Positions 1 to 8,436 of a DNA stretch of 64,000 nucleotides are shown piece after piece. A program made the position numbers and the translations under genes. Origin of the DNA: Bacillus sp. (in: firmicutes) (GTDB lineage Bacteria > Bacillota > Clostridia > Lachnospirales > Lachnospiraceae); NCBI GenBank assembly GCA_023666125.1, contig JAMPCN010000005.1:30-64029 (forward strand). The letters are read 5' to 3'. Each line of letters starts with the position of its first letter. Position 1 is the first letter of the stretch. Under the pieces are notes generated by a model. It was not told the DNA's origin. It ran no database searches and saw only the letters and a program-made list of their open reading frames with translations.

Positions 1-1
1 G

Positions 2-235
2 CGCTGCCGCGACCGCGAAGAATATTATCTGGATTTACGCGCGTATGAGAGAGAAGTTGCGGAGAGTAAGAAGATTATCGAAGAAGATAAGAAGATGTTT
101 GCGGAAAGGGCGAAGCTTATTGCAGAAGATAAAAAGATTATTGCCGAAAAAGACGCAAAACTTGCCGAAAATGAAAAAACTATTAATGCGCTTCTCGATG
201 AAATAGAAATGCTGAAATCAAATACCGGGAAATAA
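2..235 (+). CDS. 3' end of a gene entering from the left; probable Rpn/PD-(D/E)XK nuclease-family (putative transposase) C-terminal coiled-coil tail
   Basis: Open frame RCRDREEYYLDLRAYEREVAESKKIIEEDKK...SNTGK, stop at 233-235; charged heptad-like repeats resemble Rpn-family tails. Confidence 0.55.
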   Translation, partial: RCRDREEYYLDLRAYEREVAESKKIIEEDKKMFAERAKLIAEDKKIIAEKDAKLAENEKTINALLDEIEMLKSNTGK

Positions 236-249
236 GGCTGCGGAACAGG

Positions 250-287
250 GAGCCGCCGCACTAATGACTTAGTGCGGCAGCCCCTTT
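250..287. terminator. Intrinsic terminator hairpin between convergent genes
   Basis: GCCGCACTAA-tgac-TTAGTGCGGC stem downstream of both the left ORF and the flagellin. Confidence 0.7.
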
Positions 288-352
288 CACAATGAACTCT
301 TATGATATATTCCGCATACTTACTTAACCAAAATATGCTTCGGAATAACTCA

Positions 353-1747
353 TTAGCCAAGTAATGACAACGCAAGCTGATTGGATTGATTTGCCTGTGA
401 TAACATGGAAGTGCCTGCCTGCTGTAAGATATTGTTGTTAGCATATTTAACCATCTCTGTTGCAATATCCGTATCGCGAATCTGTGCTTCTGCGCTTGTC
501 GTGTTCTCAACAACGTTATCCAGATTGTTAATGGTATGCTCCAGTCTGTTCTGTACTGCGCCGAGAGCGGAACGCTGTGTGGAAACTTTGGCAATCGCCG
601 CCGCAATCGTATCAATCGCCGCGTCTGCGTTTGTGCTGTCGTCGCCGTCTACCTTTAACTCGCCGTCTCCATCCAGCAAGCCAAGACCTGCCGCACTCAT
701 GGATTCAATTTCCACGCTGATTTTGTTATCATAGTCAGAATCCGCTCCTACATGCAGTTTAAACTCCAATGCTTCCGGTGCGTAAGTAGGGTCGTATGCC
801 TCAACTGTAGATTCCATATCCCCTGTAGTCGCATTTTTCGTCGTTTTGATTGTTGCATTGAGCGTTTCGCCTACTTTATGGTCTTTCAAATCTCCCGCTG
901 TTGCTCCGCCATCAGCAATGGTAACCCCTTTCTGTGTTTCCGCCGCATCAACGACATTAAGGCTTTTGGAAATGACAATATTTCCTGACGCATCAGCCTT
1001 ATCACAGTTGACATTAAGACCCATAGTCTTTAAATCGCTGGCGGAATAAGAGCCGTTTCCGCCAATCGTCCACACTTCTGCATTAGCAGCCTTTGCAACC
1101 GTAACCGTACCGTCTGTCGATTCATTCAATGCCGTCAGCAAATCGCCGCTCATATTCTTCGGGTCTACGCTTGCCGTTCCCTTAGTCGGAGCGGTTGTTA
1201 TTTTAGCGGATACTTCTCCTAATTTCAGGGTTCCAGCCTTTAACTCCGTACCCTTAGCCGCGCTGACAGTAAGCGCGGTAACATCTGCAACCGGAGTTGC
1301 ATTAATATCCGCCGCTGCTTTTCCTTTCGCATTTCCCTCTAACAGATAAGTTTCATTGAACTTCGTCGTTGTAGAAACGCGGTCGATTTCTGTAACCAAC
1401 TGGTCAATCTCATCCTGAATCGCTTTACGGTCGGACTCGGAATTGGTTCCGTTAGCCGCTTTTACTGCAAGTTCGTTCATTCTCTGTAACATATCATGAA
1501 CTTCTGTCAGCGCGCCTTCTGCCGTCTGTACTGCGCTGATACCATCCTGCGCGTTAGCGGAAGCCTGTGTAAGACCGCGAATCTGCTTTCTCATTTTCTC
1601 GGAAATGGCAAGACCTGCCGCATCGTCCGCCGCACGGTTAATCTTATAACCGGACGATAACTTCTCTGTGGACTTTGCCTGTACCTTGGTTGTCAGACCA
1701 AGCATTCTGTTTGCATTCATTGCTGTGATGTTGTGTTGTACTACCAT
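353..1747 (-). CDS. fliC: Flagellin
   Basis: MVVQHNITAMNANR N-terminus, LSSGYKINRAADDAAGLAISEKMR, LQRMNELAV, C-terminal RSALGAVQNRLEH...LSLLG; variable middle region. Confidence 0.98.
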   Translation of the reverse strand: MVVQHNITAMNANRMLGLTTKVQAKSTEKLSSGYKINRAADDAAGLAISEKMRKQIRGLTQASANAQDGISAVQTAEGALTEVHDMLQRMNELAVKAANGTNSESDRKAIQDEIDQLVTEIDRVSTTTKFNETYLLEGNAKGKAAADINATPVADVTALTVSAAKGTELKAGTLKLGEVSAKITTAPTKGTASVDPKNMSGDLLTALNESTDGTVTVAKAANAEVWTIGGNGSYSASDLKTMGLNVNCDKADASGNIVISKSLNVVDAAETQKGVTIADGGATAGDLKDHKVGETLNATIKTTKNATTGDMESTVEAYDPTYAPEALEFKLHVGADSDYDNKISVEIESMSAAGLGLLDGDGELKVDGDDSTNADAAIDTIAAAIAKVSTQRSALGAVQNRLEHTINNLDNVVENTTSAEAQIRDTDIATEMVKYANNNILQQAGTSMLSQANQSNQLALSLLG

Positions 1748-1751
1748 AACT

Positions 1752-1792
1752 TTTTCCTCCTTGATTTTCCTGCCGCAAATCCGTTTGCGGCG
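1752..1792 (-). promoter_or_regulatory. Flagellin 5' leader with CsrA-type GGA hairpin and Shine-Dalgarno
   Basis: Minus strand reads GCCGCAAA-CGGA-TTTGCGGC-AGGA-aaatc-AAGGAGG-aaaaagtt-ATG. Confidence 0.7.
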
Positions 1793-1865
1793 AATTTGTT
1801 TTTGTTTTATTGAATAATCCCGAAACCCCCAGGATAGTTCCGGGTTATTACCTTAAATAAGCGGC

Positions 1866-2156
1866 TTACTGTTCCTCTTTTTCTACTTTACCTTTCTTCT
1901 TTGCGGAGTCGTTCATTACAATTTTCTTTTTCCGGTATTTCTGCGCCAACTCCGGTTCCGCATGATAATGAGGAAGTTTTTTCTTTTCCTCCGGGTCATC
2001 TATGGCATTTTCAATGACCTTACTGCGGACAACATTCACTTCATCTGGTAACTCCAGCATAATGCGCGTATGGTTCCTGCTGCCGCCGAGGAAAATAATT
2101 TTAATATTCTCGCCAATCTGTAAATACTCTTCCGTGTTCACTGTCAGTCTTAACAT
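1866..2156 (-). CDS. CsrA-like carbon storage regulator (divergent, C-terminally extended)
   Basis: MLRLTVNTEEYLQIGENIKIIFLG...RIMLELPDEVNVVRSKV follows the CsrA pattern (MLxLT..E.I.IG.I...P..V...R); directly upstream of flagellin. Confidence 0.8.
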   Translation of the reverse strand: MLRLTVNTEEYLQIGENIKIIFLGGSRNHTRIMLELPDEVNVVRSKVIENAIDDPEEKKKLPHYHAEPELAQKYRKKKIVMNDSAKKKGKVEKEEQ

Positions 2157-2198
2157 TTTTTAACCTCCCTGCTCTTTTTTCAAAGATGCCTCCCTGCC

Positions 2199-2226
2199 AT
2201 GCAACAATTTATATTAAATGTTGCAT
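2199..2226. repeat. Left recombination site (11-6-11 bp)
   Basis: ATGCAACAATT-TATATT-AAATGTTGCAT; inverted copy at 2951-2978. Confidence 0.85.
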
Positions 2227-2282
2227 AGAATCTATTGTATAATAACCGTGGACAAAACAAACGAATGTAAAGGAGAGACAAC

Positions 2283-2864
2283 ATGAGTACAACCTATCCG
2301 ATTAAAGACCAGCAGGCATTGGAAGATTTCAAGAACTACTACGCATCTGTAAAAATCAATTTCAGAAATTATGCTTTAATTATTACAGGATTAAATACCG
2401 CCGCAAGAATCAGCGACTTATTACAACTGCAATGGAAAGATGTTTATATGAAAGAAGAACAGACATTCAGAAAACACATTTTTATGAGAGAACAAAAAAC
2501 CGGCAAAGAGCGGGCGGTTGCCATCAATCCTATCGTCAGGGAAACATTGTATACTCTTCTCAAAAACTGCACCGCTTTTAATAATGAAGATTATCTTTTC
2601 CCCAGCGCCAAAAATAAATCGCATCCCATCAGCCGCTATCAGGCGTACCGCATTATCAGGGAAGCCGCCGAAAATACCGGGCTGCAGGAACACATCAGCT
2701 GCCATTCCCTCCGTAAAACTTTCGGCTACCATGCCTGGAAGCAGGGCGCATCTCCTGCCGTACTAATGGATATTTATAACCATTCTTCGTATACAATTAC
2801 TAAAAGATATCTCTGCATCGAACAGGATGACAGAGATAAAGTGTATATGAATATCAAGCTTTAA
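2283..2864 (+). CDS. Tyrosine recombinase, catalytic-domain-only (FimB/FimE-like size)
   Basis: Catalytic motifs: ARISD (Arg), EQKTGK (Lys), HSLRKTFGYH (HxxR), YNHSS, C-terminal RYL (Tyr); 193 aa. Confidence 0.93.
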   Translation: MSTTYPIKDQQALEDFKNYYASVKINFRNYALIITGLNTAARISDLLQLQWKDVYMKEEQTFRKHIFMREQKTGKERAVAINPIVRETLYTLLKNCTAFNNEDYLFPSAKNKSHPISRYQAYRIIREAAENTGLQEHISCHSLRKTFGYHAWKQGASPAVLMDIYNHSSYTITKRYLCIEQDDRDKVYMNIKL

Positions 2865-2904
2865 ACGTCCAAACAAAAATTTTTGAAAAATTTTAAAACA
2901 GCTA

Positions 2905-2931
2905 TAAAGTTTTTAAAAACCACTCCGATAT
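2905..2931 (+). promoter_or_regulatory. Sigma-28/SigD-type flagellar promoter
   Basis: TAAA (2905-2908), 15-nt spacer, TCCGATAT (2924-2931); AT-rich tract upstream. Confidence 0.8.
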
Positions 2932-2950
2932 ATAGAGTGTAGACAAAAAA

Positions 2951-2978
2951 ACGCAACATTTAATATAAAATGTTGCGT
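2951..2978. repeat. Right recombination site (11-6-11 bp)
   Basis: ACGCAACATTT-AATATA-AAATGTTGCGT; central 24 bp match the reverse complement of the left site at 23/24. Confidence 0.85.
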
Positions 2979-3100
2979 TTTATTTTGTATCATTTTGGCT
3001 TTTCTATACCTGTTATTTCTTTTACCGGCGTTTTCACCGGCTGCTCCTGTCATTTGCCGGATAATCCGCCATCTTCCTTTACCGTACCGCTCCCATGACA

Positions 3101-3188
3101 TGATGCAACTTTGATGCAAAAATGATGTTCTTTTGATGCAAAAATGATGCTTTTTTGATGCAACTTTGATACAGCTATGATGCTTTTC
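3101..3188 (+). repeat. Eight TGATG(C) direct repeats at 11-bp period; probable regulator binding array
   Basis: TGATG starts at 3101, 3112, 3123, 3134, 3145, 3156, 3167 (TGATA), 3178. Confidence 0.85.
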
Positions 3189-3236
3189 TATTATACCATA
3201 AAAACAGGCATTATCAAGATAAAAGAAAGGTGTGAA

Positions 3237-5270
3237 ATGAAAATGAAAAAACGAAAAATGCTTCAAAAACTGATATGTTTTTCTCTTAGCATTCTGCTTT
3301 GCGTAAGCCATACGACGATTGTTTACGCTAATGAAGCCGAAGAGGAACAAAAAGACAAAACATATGCCCCCTATTTTTATGTGGAAAGTGAAGAAGTCGG
3401 CGTAGACTGCTTCCCACTAAAGGAAACAAACGTTACTGCTATTATAGAGGGCGTTATTGCAGACATCTATGTCATACAAACCTATACAAACAACGGAACA
3501 AAGCCAATCAATGCAAGTTATATCTTTCCGGCATCTACCAAAGTCACCGTTCATGGTATGCAGATGCAGATTGGCAATCAGCGCGTAACTGCAACGATTA
3601 AGGAAAAAGAAGAAGCCGCTCAGGAATTTGAAACCGCTAAAAACGAAGGCAAAAGCGCGTCTATGCTTTCACAGGAAAGAAGCAATGTCTTTAGTATGGA
3701 TGTTGCCAATATTATGCCCGGTGATGAAGTAAAAATTGAACTGCATTACACGGAACTTATCATGCCCACGAACGGAACCTATCAGTTTGTCTTTCCGACC
3801 GTTGCCGGTCCGCGTTACGTGGGTCCTGTCATTGATGATAGCGGAAACCGGGAGGAATGGACAGGCGCTTCCTATTTGACCGAGGGCGATACCCCGTCCG
3901 GCAAATACAATATCAGCGTTCTGCTTTCCACGGGCGTTCCTATCGCTTCGCTTACCAGCAGTTCCCATGATATCAAAATCAGCCAGGATGAAAACGGCGC
4001 TTCCATCATTAAACTTGCCAATCCGGACGACTATGCCGGAAACCGTGATTTCATTCTGGATTATAAGCTTATCGGAGAAGAAATCAGTATGGGATTAACG
4101 CTTGATACAAGTGACAACGAAAACTTTTTTATGCTGATGTTACAGCCGCCGGAACGTTGTGAACCGGAAGAGATACCGCCGCGGGAATATATTTTCGTAC
4201 TGGACGTATCGGGTTCCATGTCAGGTTTTCCATTGGAGACTGCCAAGGAATTAGTAAGCGGCCTTGTCTCCAATCTTCGGGAAACGGATACTTTTAACCT
4301 TGTCCTGTTTTCCGGTGCTTCCTATCAGATGGCAGAGCGTTCCCTTCCTGCCACACAGGAAAATATGGAAAAGGCGCTTAAGCTTATCCAAGAGCAGAAA
4401 GGAGCCGGAGGCACGGAACTTGCCGCCGCGCTGGAAGATACTTTGCAGATTCCCGCCGATAAAAATTATGCCCGTAATATCGTCATTGTCACAGACGGCT
4501 ATATCAGCGGCGAATCCGAGATTTTTGAACTTATTCATGACAATTTAAGCCGGGCCGACTTTTTCGCTTTCGGTATCGGCACTGCGGTCAACCGCTACCT
4601 GATAGAAGGTATTGCCTCAATCGGACAGGGAGAACCTTTCATTGTCACTGAAAAAGAACAGGCATCCGCCGCTGCCGCACAGTTTCGCGCTTACATAGAA
4701 TCACCTGTCTTAACGGATATTCAGGTATCATTCGAGGGATTCGACGCTTATGATGTGGAACCCTCCATCCTGCCTACGCTCTATGCGCAAAAGCCCATTC
4801 TCTTATTGGGAAAATGGCGGGGAGAGGTCTCCGGTACGATTCATATTACCGGAAAAACCGGAAACGGTGAATATGCAAAAGATATCTCCGTTGCCGATTC
4901 CATAGCCGGAGAGGAGGATGCACTCGGCTATTTATGGGCGCGCAAACGCGTAGAACGTTTAACGGACTATGGAAGGACCACCGATAATCCCGACGTAAAA
5001 GAAGAGGTGACACAGATTGGACTGGATTATCATATGATAACTCCTTATACCTCCTTTATTGCCGTACTGGATGTTGTCAGGAATCCCGATGGTAACGGCA
5101 CAGACGTCAACCAGCCTCTGCCACTGCCGCTTGAAGTGTCCAACCTGGCAGTCGGCTACCGTATCGGTTCGGAACCCGGCGATGTCATTTTCCTCATAGT
5201 GCCGACAGCGCTGCTTATGATAACGGTCTTTCACAGAAAATGTAAAAGCAAGAAAGGAACAGCCATATGA
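3237..5270 (+). CDS. VIT + vWA domain surface protein with C-terminal sorting signal
   Basis: Signal peptide; VIT-like region (QTYTN..PINASYIFP..VHGMQM); vWA MIDAS DVSGS...TDG; C-terminal GSEP + hydrophobic helix + basic tail; start moved to MKMKK after SD. Confidence 0.88.
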   Translation: MKMKKRKMLQKLICFSLSILLCVSHTTIVYANEAEEEQKDKTYAPYFYVESEEVGVDCFPLKETNVTAIIEGVIADIYVIQTYTNNGTKPINASYIFPASTKVTVHGMQMQIGNQRVTATIKEKEEAAQEFETAKNEGKSASMLSQERSNVFSMDVANIMPGDEVKIELHYTELIMPTNGTYQFVFPTVAGPRYVGPVIDDSGNREEWTGASYLTEGDTPSGKYNISVLLSTGVPIASLTSSSHDIKISQDENGASIIKLANPDDYAGNRDFILDYKLIGEEISMGLTLDTSDNENFFMLMLQPPERCEPEEIPPREYIFVLDVSGSMSGFPLETAKELVSGLVSNLRETDTFNLVLFSGASYQMAERSLPATQENMEKALKLIQEQKGAGGTELAAALEDTLQIPADKNYARNIVIVTDGYISGESEIFELIHDNLSRADFFAFGIGTAVNRYLIEGIASIGQGEPFIVTEKEQASAAAAQFRAYIESPVLTDIQVSFEGFDAYDVEPSILPTLYAQKPILLLGKWRGEVSGTIHITGKTGNGEYAKDISVADSIAGEEDALGYLWARKRVERLTDYGRTTDNPDVKEEVTQIGLDYHMITPYTSFIAVLDVVRNPDGNGTDVNQPLPLPLEVSNLAVGYRIGSEPGDVIFLIVPTALLMITVFHRKCKSKKGTAI

Positions 5271-6067
5271 GAACTTTCCGTTTCAAAACCATACAAAAAT
5301 ATATACCGCTTTATCTGCCTGTCATAGCGATTAGCGTATGGATGAGATACCTTTGCCGTATCGATGACAGCGATATGCTTACCTGGATACTGACACCCAC
5401 CGCAAGGTGGGTCAGTATCTTAAGCGGTATTTCTTTTGAATATATTGCGCATTCAGGTTATGTAAACCATTTTCAGCAATTCCTGATTGCGCCCGCCTGC
5501 TCCGGCATCCGCTTCATGCTGCTTACATTCCTGATGCTCGTATTTTCTTTTTTAAAGCCTGATGATGTCCTGATGAAAGAATCTTCTGCATACAAAAGAT
5601 ATCTCTGGCTCGGATACAGTCTTTTCCTGTCCTATTTCTTCACTATTTTTGTCAACGGCATCCGCATCAGCGCCTCCATCTATCTGCCCGCTGTTTTTGA
5701 AAATAACGGACTCTTAAACGGATGGCTCACACCCGACAGACTGCATACCCTGATTGGCAGCGTTATTTATTTTTCATCCCTGTATTTTATCTATCCGGCG
5801 GCCGGTTTTATCTGCCGCCACATATTGCTGCGGGCAGACAAAAAGAACCAAAACATATCTTCACAATGTTCTGATTCTTTTCTTTCACGCTCCATGATTC
5901 CCGTATTCTGGTACCTTCTGATTGTTCTTGCCGTTCCTTTTCTGGGCAGGCTCTGTCGAAATGAATGGGCGGGATTCGGAGGATATGCAGCGCTCGTTCT
6001 CTGTGTCTGCCTTAGCATTGTTTTATTACGATATCTGATACAAGCATTTCATCAACACATTTCGTAA
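5267..6067 (+). CDS. Exosortase (XrtK-like)
   Basis: Multi-TM protein with IAPACSG (Cys), VNGIRI (Arg), RLHTLIG (His); overlaps the stop of the upstream substrate gene. Confidence 0.82.
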   Translation: MRTFRFKTIQKYIPLYLPVIAISVWMRYLCRIDDSDMLTWILTPTARWVSILSGISFEYIAHSGYVNHFQQFLIAPACSGIRFMLLTFLMLVFSFLKPDDVLMKESSAYKRYLWLGYSLFLSYFFTIFVNGIRISASIYLPAVFENNGLLNGWLTPDRLHTLIGSVIYFSSLYFIYPAAGFICRHILLRADKKNQNISSQCSDSFLSRSMIPVFWYLLIVLAVPFLGRLCRNEWAGFGGYAALVLCVCLSIVLLRYLIQAFHQHIS

Positions 6068-6090
6068 TGCTTGATTACGGGAAATTCAGG

Positions 6091-7509
6091 TTAAAACTGT
6101 ATCGGTTCCACATCAGCGTCGATTGGCTTCATTTCATACTCCGGGAGTTTGTCCAGCAAATCATTCAGGCAGACTCCCGTACTATATACAACGTCATGCG
6201 CCAGCATCACAATCCGTTTTCTTCCAAGCGTCGTTTCCACGCCGTTAGCGACCAGATTCTCCGGCACTGCATTTTCCACGGCATCCCCCAGGCTTGCATT
6301 CCAGTCAAAGTAAACATATCCCTGCTTTGTCATTTCCTCAATGATACTTTCACTCACCTTTTCGTTATAGGCATTGATGCTGCCTCCCGGGAAGCGTACC
6401 AGTTTCGTATCAACGCCGGTTACTTCATATATGATTTGGTGTGCCGCTTCCAAATCCTGCATGAAGCTGTCCACATCCGCATAAATATTTTTATAATCGT
6501 GCGTATCGCTGTGGATGCCTATCGTATGTCCTTCCTCCACGATACGTTTTGCCATTTCCGGATACCGGCGCACATTTTCCCCGACAAGAAAAAATGTCGC
6601 CTTAATATTTCTGTCTTTTAAAACATCCAGGACTCTTGCCGTGTTTTCTTCGGAAGGACCGTCATCGAAAGTCAGATACATGGTCTTAGGGTGAAAATAA
6701 TAGTCGATGCCCTGTACAATCCCTTTGGCAATCTGCTCCTGATATTCCGTCGTCACAAGCTTGTCTCTTTCCTCTTTATTAGAAAGAAATCCCGTCTCGA
6801 TAAGGCAGGCGGGCATTGTTGTACTGCCTGTCACATGAAAATCGGCATTTCCCCGGATTTCTCTTTCTTCCGCCTGTGTACTGATAGCCGTCTGCTGTTT
6901 GATAAGCTGCGCCAGTTTCTTATTATCGCGGCTTGTATCCGTTCCATCATACCATACCTCTATTCCCCTGGCCTCATCTCCATCATCAGAAGCATTCTGA
7001 TGAATGCTTACATAAATATCCGCCTTTGCCGCATTGGCAAGCTCCACTCTGTCTTCTTTTTTTATATAAGTATCATCCTCTCTCGCCATCATAACCTCAT
7101 ACCCCAAAGATTCCAACTCTGCTTTTACCAATTTGGCAATGGCCAGATTAATCGTCTTTTCTTCTACGCCGTCTCTGGAACATCCCATATCCGCCCCACC
7201 GTGTCCGGCGTCTACAAAGATAACCGGCGCCGTTTTTTCCCGTGCCATCATCAAGGCATCTATTTTTTCTTTTAAAATTGTTTTTTCATATTCCAGTTTG
7301 ACTCCCGCCTCTTCCATCTCCGGCACGGTGTTTGCTTCCGGTGACGCATACACCTCCCCCATCGGAATGCTATGTATTGTCATAACGGCAAAAACAACGA
7401 AAAACACCGCCATCACCACAGATAAAATACGCTTTCCGGTTTTTATCCGTCTCTCCTTTTTCTGGTAACGCCTGCAATATATTGTTAAATAGGAATCTCT
7501 TCTACTCAT
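6091..7509 (-). CDS. N-acetylmuramoyl-L-alanine amidase fused to polysaccharide deacetylase
   Basis: IFVDAGHGG, VSIHQNA, LIETGFLSN (Amidase_3); LTFDDGP, HSDTH, RFPGG, MLAHD (NodB). Confidence 0.92.
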   Translation of the reverse strand: MSRRDSYLTIYCRRYQKKERRIKTGKRILSVVMAVFFVVFAVMTIHSIPMGEVYASPEANTVPEMEEAGVKLEYEKTILKEKIDALMMAREKTAPVIFVDAGHGGADMGCSRDGVEEKTINLAIAKLVKAELESLGYEVMMAREDDTYIKKEDRVELANAAKADIYVSIHQNASDDGDEARGIEVWYDGTDTSRDNKKLAQLIKQQTAISTQAEEREIRGNADFHVTGSTTMPACLIETGFLSNKEERDKLVTTEYQEQIAKGIVQGIDYYFHPKTMYLTFDDGPSEENTARVLDVLKDRNIKATFFLVGENVRRYPEMAKRIVEEGHTIGIHSDTHDYKNIYADVDSFMQDLEAAHQIIYEVTGVDTKLVRFPGGSINAYNEKVSESIIEEMTKQGYVYFDWNASLGDAVENAVPENLVANGVETTLGRKRIVMLAHDVVYSTGVCLNDLLDKLPEYEMKPIDADVEPIQF

Positions 7510-7585
7510 TTATGATGCCTCCTTAGTTAAATTCACAAAAAAAGCCCTTGTGTTATCCTGTTAATACAAGAATACACAAGAGCTG

Positions 7586-7645
7586 CATCATAATTTCATC
7601 ATTTCTGCATCATAGTTCCATCAAATTTGCATCATTTTTGCATCA
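7586..7645 (-). repeat. Six TGATG direct repeats at 11-bp period on the minus strand
   Basis: CATCA on + strand at 7586, 7597, 7608, 7619, 7630, 7641. Confidence 0.85.
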
Positions 7646-7650
7646 TTTTT

Positions 7651-8436
7651 CTATTTGGAAATTTTCAAAAACAATTCGTTAATTCCTTCATAGAATCCTA
7701 CCGTTACTATCGTCCGGGTATCTCCCATCCCCGGAAATACATATTTCTTAAAATAGGGCGTTGTCTCCAGTAACGGGTTGTCCGATTCATAGGGCTGCGG
7801 CGTGCCAAGCTCCATATATTTACTCCATTCCTCCACCACCTTATCCGTATCGATGTCCTCCCATAAAAGCGGCGTTCTGACATAAAACTCATATAATTTA
7901 CCGTCCTCAGCGCCAATATAGGCGTCCATAAGGCGGTTTTCCTTATTGGCATTTTTCTGGCTGTTGGAAAGGCTCAGTTTCCAGACTGCAATATTATTCC
8001 TGGGTTCCAACACATCAATGGCCGAATATAAGGTAGCCTCATAAGACGACGGTACGACTTCCCTTATCTCTTCCGGCAGAATGCCCGCTTCTTTTAGTAT
8101 CGCTATGGCATTATTGCAGGTTTCATAAATCTGTTCATCGGTAATCTCTTCATCCGACGGGCTTCTGTAATTTGCCACAAAGGCATAGGAACCTTCTTTC
8201 TGCTCGTTTTCCGGAATCTCCTGTGTATCCAAGCAGCGGGAAAGAATGTAGAGTTTTTCATTGGCGTTTAGCTTATAGCGGTAACCCTCGCCCGATGCCT
8301 CCACCTCTTCTTTATGGATTTCATTTAACAATCCCTTATCCTGATATCTCGCCAGAGCTTCCGGTCCTAAGATGGATAATACCATGGAAAATACCGTCGC
8401 AAGGATGAACACCGTTATCTTTATTTTGTACTTCAT
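7651..8436 (-). CDS. Exported hypothetical protein in the two-component operon
   Basis: N-terminal hydrophobic segment; overlaps the kinase stop. Confidence 0.7.
   Translation of the reverse strand: MKYKIKITVFILATVFSMVLSILGPEALARYQDKGLLNEIHKEEVEASGEGYRYKLNANEKLYILSRCLDTQEIPENEQKEGSYAFVANYRSPSDEEITDEQIYETCNNAIAILKEAGILPEEIREVVPSSYEATLYSAIDVLEPRNNIAVWKLSLSNSQKNANKENRLMDAYIGAEDGKLYEFYVRTPLLWEDIDTDKVVEEWSKYMELGTPQPYESDNPLLETTPYFKKYVFPGMGDTRTIVTVGFYEGINELFLKISK

Larger units (their letters stand above)
2199..2978. mobile_element. Predicted invertible DNA segment carrying its own tyrosine recombinase and a SigD promoter
   Basis: Two palindromic-arm sites whose asymmetric spacers are exact reverse complements (TATATT / AATATA) enclose the recombinase gene and an outward-facing promoter. 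Confidence 0.8.

Noticed and set aside
25-615. 196-aa minus-strand ORF and many other overlapping short ORFs in the track
   Set aside because: Shadow frames overlapping well-supported genes, with no recognisable motifs
2199-2226. Chromosomal dif site / XerCD
   Set aside because: Same 11-6-11 geometry, but the sequence does not resemble dif consensus, it occurs as an inverted pair, and it flanks its own short recombinase
3101-3188. CRISPR array
   Set aside because: Period is 11 bp with no unique spacers and no cas genes; the same holds for 7586-7645
2913-3350. 145-aa minus-strand ORF
   Set aside because: Runs across the recombination site, repeat array and VIT gene start; low-complexity translation
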